Assembly: GCF_009914755.1 (NCBI RefSeq)
Contig: NC_060925.1
Direction: 5' to 3' (one strand)
DNA length: 64,000 nucleotides
Origin: the human T2T-CHM13v2.0 reference genome, Homo sapiens
Positions 15,919 to 33,850 of the stretch are shown one piece after another (positions within the stretch are counted from its first letter, which is position 1; the number at the start of each line of letters is the position of its first letter). The notes beneath the pieces were generated by a model. The model did no database searches. It saw only the letters and a program-made list of their open reading frames with translations, and was not told the origin of the DNA. The translations under genes were made by a program, and so were the position numbers.

Positions 15919-18900
15919 CCTATTATTTGGTCCTTTTCCCCATTCCACTGGGGCCATTTTTCCTCCAGCCAGGATGCCTATCTCTCCACTGTAACCAGCA
16001 GAGCTGCCTCAGACAGAAATGTCATATGGCACGTTAGGGGGAGTTGCCTTATGCGGTACCCTGGCCGCCATCCTCCCTGCTTCCCACCGCCCCCAGCCCT
16101 GTAAACCTGTCCACTCCTTTTCTACCCCCACCCCTTATCCTGATATCTCTGGCAAGGAGTTAGAACCTTACCAGAGCTGAGGGCATCTTTCTGGTTTTCA
16201 CAAGAACAAAAAGCCGAGGGTAAATGTGAAACTATGTGGAGGAAACAGATTTCTCTTCTTAAATTTCCAGATTCAGAAACAATTATTGAACATCTGTTAT
16301 GCCTGGGCACTGGGCCAGTTTCCTTTAATCTGTGTAAAATCATTTACTTAAAATGCTATACAACTTTTATTGCTGAGGAGACAGTTTTAGCTAGGTCAAG
16401 TCACATAGTAGGTACATTTCAGAGTGGGGCTTTAAATCTGCAATGGCAGCCTGAAGGTAGAAAAATTGTAGTAAAGAGTCTGGCTCCGTTTTTGGTGCTT
16501 AACTACTGACAGCTTTCAAGCCCCACCCCTCTGTTTTCTTGTGTCCCACCTCTGGGTAAGCCTGTAAGAAAACAGACCTGGCCCTTTCCTGGGTGCTGGC
16601 AGGAAGTTCAAACCAAGCAAACCCAACCACTGGTCTGACCCTCACCACAGTTAAAACCAAAGCCACTTGCCTTTCCCTTTGTTTAAGCTGGTTTGGAATG
16701 GCTTGGATCTCTGCTATCTCCAGAAAGCCACATTATATGAGTAATAACCTTTTCAGACCCTCCTGGTGCAGTATGATGTAATCAGTCTCAATGTCTGAGC
16801 CAATTTTGCATGGAGAATCTGTGTAACATCCACAGATAAAAGTAAGGAAATTGAGTGCTGCCTCACTGATCCTCAGAGGCCTAGTATGAACATATAGTCA
16901 GCATACGTTCAGCTGACGGAGACTTGAAGCCATGCATTTATTGTTGAGGTCCTTTCTCCCCAGCAGTGTACTTGGTGAGGACAGTGATGGAGACAAGGTT
17001 CTTTCCGTCTTTGCAGTATTTGTTTCTTCTCTTCTGCTGTTGCACAGGTCTGAGTTCTTTACTCATTGGTGGAGGTCTTAAATTTTTTCCTCCGTATCCA
17101 ATCTGCTTATTCAGTGCTATTTGGTTATTATCCCAAGACCCTAAATTTATATACACTTACTGTTAAAGCCCCACAAGCTGATTGATTATGCACAACACGC
17201 ATTCTCCAGAACATGCATTTTCCAGCAGTTACTGTTTTCCCCCAGGTGAAGATTTATTTGTCCTATAGAGAAATGAGTGGCTGTATGTATGCATGTGTGT
17301 TACTACATAATGCAGGATTAATTTGAAAATTGCATGGAGGTCTGAATGTGCATTATGCAAAATGCAAAAGCTGGTTGTATTATGAGCATTTGAGTTAACA
17401 TGCCTGCATACAGAAATGTTCAGGGAATTTGTGGTTCAGTTCAAGTGACACCAGGATTGAGCCTTTTAAAAACAGACCATTCCCAGAATAATGATTCTAT
17501 AATTTATTCAGAGTCAGACATCTAGTACTGCTGAATTTTGTGTTAAATAACCCAATTGGTATATATGAAAATAGCTTCCTTGGAATCAGCCCAACTGTAT
17601 AATCTTGGCCTCGGCAAATACTTAAAGAGGGTAGAGGGGATGTTTAGCATACATTTGGCTATATATTCAACTCTGGTAAGTAATAGAGGGGAATTATTCT
17701 CAGATACATGGCTGTCTTCAGATGGTGTTTGGAATCTCATTCTGGCTCCCCTCTGACCACTCAGCACACCCAGGATCCCCTTTTACTTTCTTTGTCTAAG
17801 TGAGCTAGGAATAGAGACTCATTTTCATGATTTTTCTAAGCATGGCATAATTGCCACGGGAAATTGGCATGGCTTCACAAAATAAGCCGTGGCTTCACAT
17901 TGGCTCCTAAAGAGTAGGCTGGAGAGGCCTGAGTGGGTCAGACCAAGGTAACCCTGGCACAATGCTGGTCACACAGAATACAGCAGTGATTGGTAGTGTT
18001 GGGACCTAACATCACCATGACTAACACAGACCTATATGACCCTCAGATAGCAGAGTAATGCAGTATTGCTCCCAGTGTGAGGATGGGCTGCGTGCAGCCA
18101 TGACACTGTTCACACTGTGTCTCCCTAAAGGTTTTATGTCATCTCTGGCAGGAGCCACATGGAGATCAGAGTCGAGAATGACCTTGACCTGTCCTATGTG
18201 TTGTCAACTCTCATGTCCCACTTACGGGTAATGGGAAAGCAGAATGTTGGAGTGTTGGGTTTGGGGATCCAGGTCAGCATGACAGAAATCATGCTACCGA
18301 CAGAGCCAACAATGCTGAAGGGGTCATAGGTTTATAGGGCAGCAGCTTCTTTGGAAGTTAAAAGCAATAAAACCACAAGGCACTTATGCAAGGAGAGTAT
18401 CTTCAGGGTTTGTGTCTCCATACCTGCATAGGCTACTCATATCATTTAGCATCAGAAATGTGCTTGTTCAGTGACAAGTGTTAGGCTTCAGGAAAGCTTT
18501 TTGGATTTATAGTTGTGAGATGTCAAAGAACATTCTTGTCAGAGTTTTTCCCCTGCCTCCCCAGTAGAAAGGGAAAGAAACCTGTTCATCTTGCCTATAT
18601 GGCATGATGCTGAGGACTGGGATATTGAACATGACTCGGAAACAGCTCAAGTTTGCTGCTTGAGATTTGGGTTTTTCATTATTTCCCATTCTTGAATCCT
18701 GTTGAATAAATAGAGAATCAGATGGCTCCTATTCTCATAATGGTTTTGTGAGTAGGGATTGATAATCCTGGTTTTAAAGATGAGAAAACAAGAGGCTCAG
18801 AGAAGTTGGTGTACAGAGCTAACAAGTGATGGAGCTCAGGACTCCTGAGTCCAAGAGCAGGGCTCTTTTCTGTGGCTGGGAGTTCTGGCTCCTAAAACTG

Positions 18901-21229
18901 GCCCCAACTGTGGAGGATAGGACATCTTACTCCTTTCTTCTTTGTGTTTCTGAATCCTAGAGAGTGTGCTGAAATAGAATTTTCAAAAATTCATTTGTAA
19001 AGGTCACCCTTAAAAAGGGTTGAACTATAGGTGCATTCTCGGGAGCATAGTCTGATTATTTTTTCTTTTCATTAAAAGAGCAAACATAATACAAGGGCCT
19101 TTTGTTTGCAGCTTTGGAATTTAGCCAATTATAAATACATTTAAGGGGATTCGGATCCAACTCAAGCTCTTAATCAGAGCATTTGGAAGCTCTTGGATAG
19201 AAGGTATATTTAATCTCTTTCTAGGTCAGCTGGATATCCCTGCATAGCTATTAGTTTAGACAAGACAAGCTTTGGAGCCCTTCTTTGCTTATAATGTGTT
19301 GTGGGTGATGTTTGGGAGTGAGCTAGAGGCACATGGACCTGAGGCAGGCCTATAATTTATGAATTTATTTGCTTCATGGCATACTCCTTCCTTAGTTTGT
19401 CCATGAGGGGCAAATATAATTTTTAACATATTCTCATATTATAAATTTAGTAAGGGAAAGAGAAGACTCATCAGCTATATGAAATTTCACTTTTTAAATA
19501 TATTGGAAAGCTGTAGATAATTGCCAGGAGCCACACAATCTCATCCCTAGGGGGAGAGAGGAACCAGCTCAGAATGGAGCCTGGAGTAATTGTGACTCTG
19601 ATCACAGGAGAAAGAGAACACTTGGTAAGAATTCCTCTAGTTGAATCTCCATAAAGGCTGAAACCCCCAAAGTTCTGGGTCTGTCTTCTGTGCATGGCAA
19701 ATGCCCCTACTCATCTCTCCAGACTCAGCAGAATTATTGCCTCTCCACAGGGGCAGTGATCAGCCTCTGGTCTACAGTTGGGAGTTAGATGACATATCTG
19801 TCAAGATCCAGTCTGGAAAACAGAGACTATACTAGGTATTTAAGCAGCAGGGATTTGATATGGGGAATTACACAAGTATTAGAAAGCTGAAAGAGCAAAA
19901 AGGGACACTGAGGCATCCCAGATATGAGTAACTGTAGAAAGCAGTTACTGCCCCTAGGGTTGGGAAACACAAGGGAAGAAGTGCATCACTAGAATCTAAG
20001 ATCTCAGAGAAGAGGCCCCTGGCAGCTGTGCTTAGGCCTCTGAAGGGTACCCTGCGGCTTACGATGGAACCTCAGAGCAGGGGGACTGCGCAGCCAGCTC
20101 TCAGACCCCAAGGGAGGTGAGTGCTGTTGAGGTTGAGAGTGTCGGTAGAAGCTGGAGGCTGGACCCACTGCTGCCTTCTAGGGCTGGAGGGACATTGACA
20201 AGAACTGGAAATAGGAAGGAAGTTCAGTTGTCCTCTTCTCCTGCTACACTGCAATAGGAATTGCTCGGAATTGAGATGCAAAACAAGCATAGTCATAGGG
20301 CCTAGACCATCCCAGAGAGGATCATGGAAAACCTGGGCATCCCAGTAAGTAAAGCAGCCCTGGTGGCCTCTAGGCCAGGGCTTGGTTGTCAGTAAGGGCA
20401 ACCCAGGAAAGGGGCTAATGGAGCTGGAGGTGGGGGCCCACAGGAGCCCTGAGTCCTGACCTTGAGAGGCCCAGAAATGGTGTGGCTGAGGCTAATTCAT
20501 CATCCATCCTGACTGACTCTGAACTGAAGGAAAGCCTAGCTGTCAAGAGCTGGAGGAAGTAATTGGAATAGATGCTGGATACACATCAGCCACTCTATCA
20601 TGACATTTCCAAGAGAGAAGTCTCAATGAGAAAAGCCTTGCCCACCCCAAGTAGTATTAAATGGGTGGGTGGATGGGATGATAGATGGAATAGAGGGGAT
20701 TGGAAGAGAGAGAACAGGGAGTAGAGATAGGAATAAAGGAAGGAAGGAAAGAAAGAATGGAGGAATCAAAACAAATTCTTATCTCTAGCTCTCTAGCCGA
20801 AGGGTCTTAAGAGTGAAAATAGAAGTAGCATACAGCCTTTCCTGTAGGTGGTGGCTCACTATGAACCCCTTGCAGAGATTATGATGCCAGTAGTAAGGAA
20901 GTTGGTTTTGATTTCCTCGCTTAATAAAGATTCAGAAACAGTGAAATTTGAGCTGCTACAGAGGGCAGAACCCGGGGCCCACTGTGTTCTTTGAGCACAG
21001 AGCCCAGCGTGTGAGCACCTGGAGACATCAAGGTGCCCGGCCATTGTAAACTGCTCCCAGCCAAGCAGGCAGTCCCAGGCCTGGCCCTGCCTATGGAGGC
21101 TCCCGCAACTCAGTGCCCTTGCCTGTGCCCTCCAAGGGGGCTGCAGAACACCCTTCAGGCTGGTGCAGTATTAACTGCCTCACTCGTGTAGATCTATAAG
21201 AAAAAGGCAGCAGCCTGTAAGAAGAATGG

Positions 21230-22270
<1,041 letters not shown>

Positions 22271-22402
22271 ATTTTTTGAAAAAAATCTTAGTCATGCTGG
22301 AGGCCAGAGCAGCTGAGGTGCTGGGGCAGGAGCTGGAGGGCAGACCTTCTGCTTGTTGAGGGAGGGTCTTCATGGAGGATGGAAACCACCAGAAGGTGTG
22401 CC

Positions 22403-25400
22403 TGTGACAGTGGAATAGTGTGACGGGAATAGTGTGACAGTGGAATACTGTGATGGGAATAGTGTGACAGTGGAATAGTGTGACGGGAATAGTGTGACAG
22501 TGGAATAATGTGAAAGTGGAATAGTGTGACAGTGGAATAGTGTGATGGGAATAGTGTGACAGTGGAATAGTGTGACGGGAATAGTGTGACAGTGGAATGG
22601 TGTGACGGGAATAGTGTGACAGTAGAATAGTGTGAAAGTGGAATAGTGTGACAGTGGAATAGTGTGACAGTGGAATAGTGTGACGGGAATAGTGTGACAG
22701 TGGAATAGTGTGACGGGAATAGTGTGACGGGAATAGTGTGACAGTGGAATAGTGTGACGGGAATAGTGTGACGGGAATAGTGTGACAGTGGAATAGTGTG
22801 ACAGTGGAATAGTGTGACGGGAATAGTGTGACAGCGGAATAGTGTGAAAGTGGAATAGTGTGACAGTGGAATAGTGTGACAGTGGAATAGTGTGATGGGA
22901 ATAGTGTGACAGTGGAATAGTGTGACAGTGGAATAGTGTGATGGGAATAGTGTGACAGTGGAATAGTGTGAAAGTGGAATAGTGTGAGAGTGGAATAGTG
23001 TGACGGGAATAGTGTGACAGTGGAATAGTGTGAAAGTGGAATAGTGCGAAAGTGGAATAGTGTGACAGTGGAATAGTGTGATAGTGGAATAGTGTGATGG
23101 GAACAGTGTGACGGGAATAGTGTGATGGGAATAGTGTGACAGTGGAATAGTGTGACGGGAATAGTGTGACAGTGGAATAGTGTGAAAGTGGAATAGTATG
23201 ACAGGAACAGTGTGACGGGAATAGTGTGATGGGAATAGTGTGACAGTGGAATAGTGTGACGGGAATAGTGTGACAGTGGAATAGTGTGACGGGAATAGTG
23301 TGACTGGAATAGTGTGACAGTGGAATAGTGTGACGGGAACAGTGTGACAGTGGAATAGTGTGACTGGAATAGTGTGATGGGAATAGTGTGACAGTGGAAT
23401 AGTGTGATGGGAATAGTGTGACAGCGGAATAGTGTGACAGCGGAATAGTGTGACAGCGGAATAGTGTGACAGTGGAATAGTGTGATGGGAATAGTGTGAC
23501 AGTGGAATAGTGTGATGGGAATAGTGTGACAGTGGAATAGTGTGAAAGTGGAATAGTGTGACAGTGGAATAGTGTGACGGGAATAGTGTGACGGGAATAG
23601 TGTGACAGTGGAATAGTGTGAAAGTGGAACAGTGTGAAAGTGGAATAGTGTGACAGTGGAATAGTGTGATAGTGGAATAGTGTGACGGGAACAGTGTGAC
23701 GGGAACAGTGTGATGGGAATAGTGTGACAGTGGAATAGTGTGACGGGAATAGTGTGACAGTGGAATAGTTGAAAGTGGAATAGTATGACAGGAACAGTGT
23801 GACGGGAATAGTGTGATGGGAATAGTGTGAAAGTGGAATAGTGTGACAGTGGAATAGAGTGACAGTGGAACAGTGTGATGGGAACAGTGTGACGGGAATA
23901 GTGTGATGGGAATAATGTGACAGTGGAATAGTGTGACGGGAACAGTGTGACGGGAACAGTGTGACAGTGGAATAGTGTGACGGGAATAGTGTGACAGTGG
24001 AACAGTGTGAAAGTGGAATAGTGTGATGGGAACAGTGTGACAGGGGAATAGTGTGATGGGAATAGTGTGACAGTGGAATAGTGTGAAAGTGGAATAGTGT
24101 GACAGTGGAATAGTGTAACAGTGGAACAGTGTGATGGGAACAGTGTGACGGGAATAGTGTGATGGGAATAGTGTGACAGTGGAATAGTGTGATGGGGAAT
24201 AGTGTTACAGTGGAATAGTGTGACGGGAACAGTGTGATGGGAATAGTGTGACAGTGGAATAGTGTGACAGTGGAACAGTGTGACGGGAACAGTGTGACGG
24301 GAATAGTGTGATGGGAATAGTGTGACAGTGGAATAGTGTGATGGGAACAGTGTGACGGGAATAGTGTGATGGGAGTAATGTGACAGTGGAACAGTGTGAC
24401 GAACAGTGTGACGGGAATAATGCGACGGGAATAGTGTGACAGTGGAGTAGTGTGATGGGAATAGTGTGACAGTGGAATAGTGTGATGGGAACAGTGTGAT
24501 GGGAATAGTGTGATGGGAATAGTGTGACAGTGGAATAGTGTGACGGGAATAGTGTGACAGTGGAATAGTGTGATGGGAACAGTGTGACGGGAATAGTGTG
24601 ACAGTGGAATAGTGTGACAGTGGAACAGTGTGACGGGAACAGTGTGACGGGAATAGTGTGATGGGAATAGTGTGACAGTGGAATAGTGTGACAGGGGAAT
24701 AGTGTGACAGTGGAATAGTGTGACAGTGGAACAGTGTGATGGGAAAAGTGTGACGGGAATAGTGTGACAGTGGAATAGTGTGACAGTGGAACAGTGTGAC
24801 GGGAATAGTGGGACGGGGAATAGTGTGACGGGGAATAGTGTGACAGGAATAGTATGACAGTGGAATAGTGTGACGGGAATAGTGTGACAGTGGAATAGTG
24901 TGACAGTGGAACAGTGTGACAGTGGAATAGTGTGACAGTGGAACAGTGTGACAGTGGAACAGTGTGATGGGAAAAGTGTGACGGGAATAGTGTGATGGAA
25001 TAGTGTGACAGTGGAATAGTGTGATGGGAATAGTGTGACAGTGGAATAGTGGGACAGGAATAGTGTGACGGGGAATAGTGTGATGGGAATAGTGTGACAG
25101 GAATAGTGTGACAGCGGAATAGTGTGACAGTGGAATAGTGTGACACCGGAATAGTGTGACGGGAATAGTGTGACAGCAGAATAGTGTGATGGGAATAGTG
25201 TGACAGCAGAATAGTGTGACAGCAGAATAGTGTGGCAGCGGAATAGTATGACCGGAATAGTGTGACAGCAATAGTGTGACAGCAGAATAGTGTGACGGGA
25301 ATAGTGTGACACAGAATAGTGTGGCAGCAGAATAGTATGACCGGAATAGTATGATGGGAATAGTGTGACGGGAATAGTGTGACCGGAATAGTGTGACCGG

Positions 25401-26070
25401 AATAGTGTGACGGGGAATAGTGTGATCGGAATAGTGTGACGGGGAATAGTGTGATGGGAACAGTGTGACAGGGGAATAGTGTGACGGGAATAGTGTGACG
25501 GCGGAATAGTGTGATGGTGGAATAGTGTGACAGAATAGTGTGATGGGAATAGTGTGACGGGAATAGTGTGGCGGCGGAATAGTGTGACGGTGGAATAGTG
25601 TGATGGGGAATAGTGTGACAGCAGAATAGTGTGACGGGAATAGTGTGACGGGAATAGTGTGATGGGAATAGTGTGACGGCGGAATAGTGTGACGGTGGAA
25701 TAGTGTGACGGGGAATATAGTGTGACAGCAGAATAGTGTGATGGGAATAGTGTGACAGCGGAATAGTGTGACGGGAATAGTGTGACGGTGGAATAGTGTG
25801 ATGGGGAATAGTGTGACAGCAGAATAGTGTGATGGGAATAGTGTGACGGGAATAGTGTGATGGGAATAGTGTGACAGCAGAATAGTGTGACGGGAATAGT
25901 GTGATGGAATAGTGTGACGGTGGAATAGTGTGACGGGAGTAGTGTGACAGGAATAGTGTGACAGCAGAATAGTGTGATGGGAATAGTGTGACAGTGGAAT
26001 AGTGTGACAGCAGAATAGTGTGATGGCGGAATAGTGTGATGGGAGTAGTGTGACAGTGGAATAATAGTGA
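22403..26070. repeat. ~3.67 kb minisatellite/VNTR of 13-16 bp units (core GAATAGTGTGA plus variable spacer), roughly 240 units, in the HHAT last intron
   Basis: Continuous tandem units GTGTGACAGTGGAATA (16 bp), GTGTGACGGGAATA / GTGTGATGGGAATA (14 bp) and variants. Unit count is estimated from length. Confidence 0.98.
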
Positions 26071-26214
26071 GCCATGGTTGGCCTTTCCCTTCATGCACTG
26101 GCGACCAATAGAATCAAGGCAGTCCCCATTTCTACACGTCCTTAGCCCTGTCTGTTCCTGTGTCCTCTCCACCGGCTCTCAGTGTTCTAGAACCCACACC
26201 ATGAATGCCTGGGT

Positions 26215-26495
26215 CCCTCCCTCCACTAAACTGTAGCTCTCCAAGGGCAGAAGCCAGTTCTGTCATCCCATGTGCCCTGGCTCTTGGCATAGTGCCCAGC
26301 ACACAGAAAAGGCATAATAAATGTTGAATGAATCATTCATTAACATCAGGAAACACCCTGGGGTTCTGATTTATTGTTTTACATCAGATTCTTTTCTCCC
26401 TACCCCAACTGAAAGGCAGCCTTTTAATCGCTGGTATCCCAGCACTTAGCCTACTGCTCTGTATATAGTAGGAGCTCAATAAGTGTTGAATGATG
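26215..26495 (+). mobile_element. Two L2 3'-end fragments
   Basis: ctccaagggcag...tggcatagtgcccagcacac...aataaatgttgaatgaat, and a second ...gtaggagctcaataagtgttgaatga. Confidence 0.6.
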
Positions 26496-29400
26496 AGAGT
26501 CGCATGATGGTTAGTTTATCTTCAGATCAGATTGTTCCCAGCCAAATGGCAAGAACAGAGCCATATCTTCCCCATGGAATGAGTACAGTGCAGCCCCTAG
26601 GAAGGAGGTGGGAGGCTCTGCAATGGGAAGGGTTCCAACAGCCTAGGTCAGTACTCCTCCCAAGGGTGATGTCAGAGATGTACCAGGGGCACAGGGAGGG
26701 TACTATCACAGTTCCTTCTTTGGACATCACCTCAAGCTCCAGTTTTTGGGACACGGGAAGAAATTCAGATCTAAGCCATAGGGCTGACCCTTGTAGGCAC
26801 TACCCCATCACTTTAGAGGAATCAGAGAAAGCCCATTGAAGGAGGCTGGTTCCACATCCCGAACTGACCCAAAACCAAAGAAGCATCTGGAAACTCTGCA
26901 AGGACTCCATCATGTAAATATTGTGCTCTGAGGTCACAAACATAACCAGCCAGAAGCTGCGGCAGCTGAGGCCCCTTCCCTGGAGGCCAACAATTAACCC
27001 CATGTAAAGATTACCAGGAAGAGAATAAATAGCTGGGAAAAGTTTCCCAAAGGATCCCAGCCTCCCTGCCACTCCAGCTGCCTGAACAGAAAGCATGGAG
27101 GAGGCAGGGAGGGTGCTAATGCCTCATTAGTGATTGTCGCAATCACTGAGATCCTGGCTGTCTTGACTGGCTTCTCCTCTGATCCATGTCAATGGCGCCC
27201 TGTTCTGTCTCCTCTGACCCTGTAGACAATTGGTTACTGGTGTTTGATTCTGAGCAGATCAGCCAGTGAAGAGGAAATTCTTCCCTGTGAGCTCCTGCAA
27301 AGTGTAGGAAATTTAGGCAGCCCAGTGAGCAGGGCTGCTGTGAGAGGGACTCTTGCTGGAGGTGCAGAGGATACCCATCCCAGCCTGGGCTCGGAGCACC
27401 CACCAGGACTTGCCTGTTGTCCTGGGCAGACCTGCCGTTGATTGTGGCAACAGAGGTTCCCTCAGAGCAGGGTCTGTAAGGCACAAAAACGTCTTTCTCT
27501 GTAACCGAAGTGGAAAAAATGTATCTGAGTCACTTTATACGTCAGGTAAATATCCTCATGAGTACGTCATTTAAAAATTTGCCATTTCCTCTGACGTTTC
27601 CACAGTTTGCTAGAACACTGCCTTCTGCTCCAGTTACAGACAAATGCCCCTCCTCTCCCTGCTTCTGCAGTGGTCTTTTAGCTTATTCCTTGGACTGACT
27701 TTCTGGGGGGAGGTAAGGATGATTTGAAGACCTATATTTTATAGGACTGTAACCTCTTAGAATTACAAGGGACCTTTGTAGGGATCATCTGGTCCCGCCT
27801 TCTCTCGGAGGCAGATATCTGCAATGGATGCCTTCCTAACAGCTTCCCAAACTGCCCAGATGCTGAGTGATTCCAAACAAAGATGCCCACTTTCTGTTCG
27901 GAGGCTCTAAATGTTATATGTTCCTTTTGACAGTAGCCAAAATCCATCTCCTGTCACTTCCATCCATTGGTCCTGGTTCTGCCTTCTAGAGTGACATAGA
28001 CTAAGTCCATTTCCCTTTCCAGGTGACCTCATGGTCTTTTTCTAGGCTACACTTTTATTTATCTTCATGTCCCCATGTGGAGCCCTTCTAGACCTCCCAT
28101 AGAAGAGCCCTTCTAGACCTACATAGAGGAAGTGGCTGCTGTGTGACAGTGTCACTTGTACGGCATGGCACCTGGAGCCACTCAGCCTAGCTGGAGTCCA
28201 CAGTCACGCATGTGCTTTCTCTTACCCTCAGGCTGAGCACACATACCCCCCCGTCCCCCTGCCCTTTGAGCCTCTTGTTTCCCATGTGGCCTGAGATGAC
28301 AGCAGCAGTGATCATGGCTCCTCTCCAGGGCCAGGCAGCCGTGCTCATCCCCTGCTCCCCAATGGCTCCATAGCCTTATGCTCCTGCAGGGGAAGTGGGT
28401 CACGCCAGGAAGAGCAGCTATAGCGTGAGACAGCCCAGTGCCTCTCCGCTCACCGTCAGCAGAGAACCCTTGGTCGCCAGGGTTTCCACGTGGGTTTGAT
28501 GGAGGAAGGGTAGAGATGTGGGGTCTTCTGTATTCCTTTTCTCTGCCCTGAACAGTGATATAAGAGCCCTTGCCCCATCCCCAGGCAGCTCTCATGCTTC
28601 TTTAGCAGAGAGGGCCCCCAGACTCCCTGACATCCCAGTGGGCCTCTCCCTGTGATGCCTTTTCCTGGTGCCCAGGACCCCCTAAATGCCCTGTGCTTCC
28701 AAGGCATGGCAAACTGCTTCCCCTCCAGGGGCTGGCTGCTGGGGTAGATGTGGACAGCGCCACCACTGTAGCATCTCTGAGCTTGGATGCCTCTACCTGT
28801 GTTCCCCACACCCCTTCTTGTACAGGACCTAGGAGATGAGATGCCTTTTCCAAATATCATTTGTAAATGTTGGAGCCACATTTTTTTCCAAACTAATATC
28901 AGAACTGTTCTGTGCTCCAGTCAAGTTCTTTTTGAAGAAGGTAGCTCAGGTGGTTAAAATGAGCACTAGTGAGACCAAATCTATGGCCTCAGGAGCCTTC
29001 ATGAGAAATGGCTCCACAGCCACCTACTGCACCACAGGCACAGCCTGGCCTGCTCTTAGGCAGGAGGACCAGGGGAGACAGTGGGGATGCCTCTGGACAA
29101 CCTAGTCCACTCCTGGATGAAGAGCAGCAGCTGCTGCTGGAAGATTATGCACAGAAAACTCTTGCTCCACAATACCTCCAGCTTTCAACCAGTCCCAATC
29201 TTCAGTGTGTTGATGAGCAAAATAGACTGCAGTCACAGTGGGCACATGGAGGTGAGAACAAAGGCATCTTTGACAGGCAGGAACATTTCCTTCCCCTTCC
29301 AGAGCAGTGGCTGGCAATCCTAGCTCATCATCGCTTCTGAGAGCTCTGGGAAGAGCTGCTGTGGCCATGGCTGCTGCCCCCGGGAACTTGGCTTTATCAT

Positions 29401-30340
29401 TCTGTTCTTTGCTCAGAAATTCAAGTCAAGTAATTTAGAATTCTTTATCCAACAACTGCTCTAGGAAAAGAACATGTCAGAAGCATTTGCTGACATCACC
29501 TTTGAGATGTTCACGTAGTTTAGGCATCACTCTCTTTCCTTTCCCTTTCAGCTCTTTATGGCATTTTCATTTGGTGGTGGTAGAAGAGTGGGTGTGTGGA
29601 GTGCATTCCTGCCCTTCCCTCCCTTGGTAAGTCCAGGTGTTTAGGGCCAGTGTGCGCCAGATGCCTCTTCTCCCAGGCACTTCCACAAGTGTAGAGGATG
29701 CCTAGACTGTGGGCACTTCCGTCAATTGACTATGTTGCACAGGCTTGGAAAATGAGGGCCAAATGTACACAGAGGTTGTGGTCTTGATCAGAGGTTTTGC
29801 CACAACTATTATTTTTAATGGCCTGAAGCATGGATCTGGCAGTCTTATGAATGGGTACTCTGAAGTCAACCCTGTGTTCCTTCAGTCTCGTCTTTGTTTA
29901 TTCATTGACCATTTTACCATGCATGCCCTGGTTCTAGGGACGTAGGAAGAAAGAAGGCAAGTTCATAGGCTCTCAGACCGGGTTCTACCTCCCATCAAAG
30001 GAGGAATCTCCTCCCTTATGTTCCGGCCCACATGCTGTCCTGCCCCTGCCCAAGGAAGCTCAGTCTCTCGAGCTTTCATTGGGTGTCCAGTGGCCCAAGT
30101 GTCCCTTTTCCTCCCAGCATCTACTCTTTCCTCCCAGCCCTGCCCCTGAGGGTGCTCAGACCTCTTGACATCACTCTTCTAAAGTAGACTTTTATATATT
30201 TGCAGCAACTATCTTGTCTTCTGCAGAGTCTTATCATTCCCAGGTAGATATAAGTTCATCCATCAACTGCTACTTCCATATCATGTTCCCTCACTTCTGC
30301 CACTCCATATTTGTATAGTTGGATTAAAAAACAAAATCTG

Positions 30341-33850
<3,510 letters not shown>

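Noticed and set aside
16500-20270. Possible further old LTR remnants (~16500-16830, ~19795-20270) and many MIR fragments across the window
   Set aside because: Too degenerate to name or bound reliably without a Dfam/RepeatMasker run.
22403-26070. Constant core plus variable spacer looks superficially like a CRISPR array
   Set aside because: Spacers are only about 2-7 nt, recur many times and are point variants of each other. There are no cas genes, and the context is a human intron.
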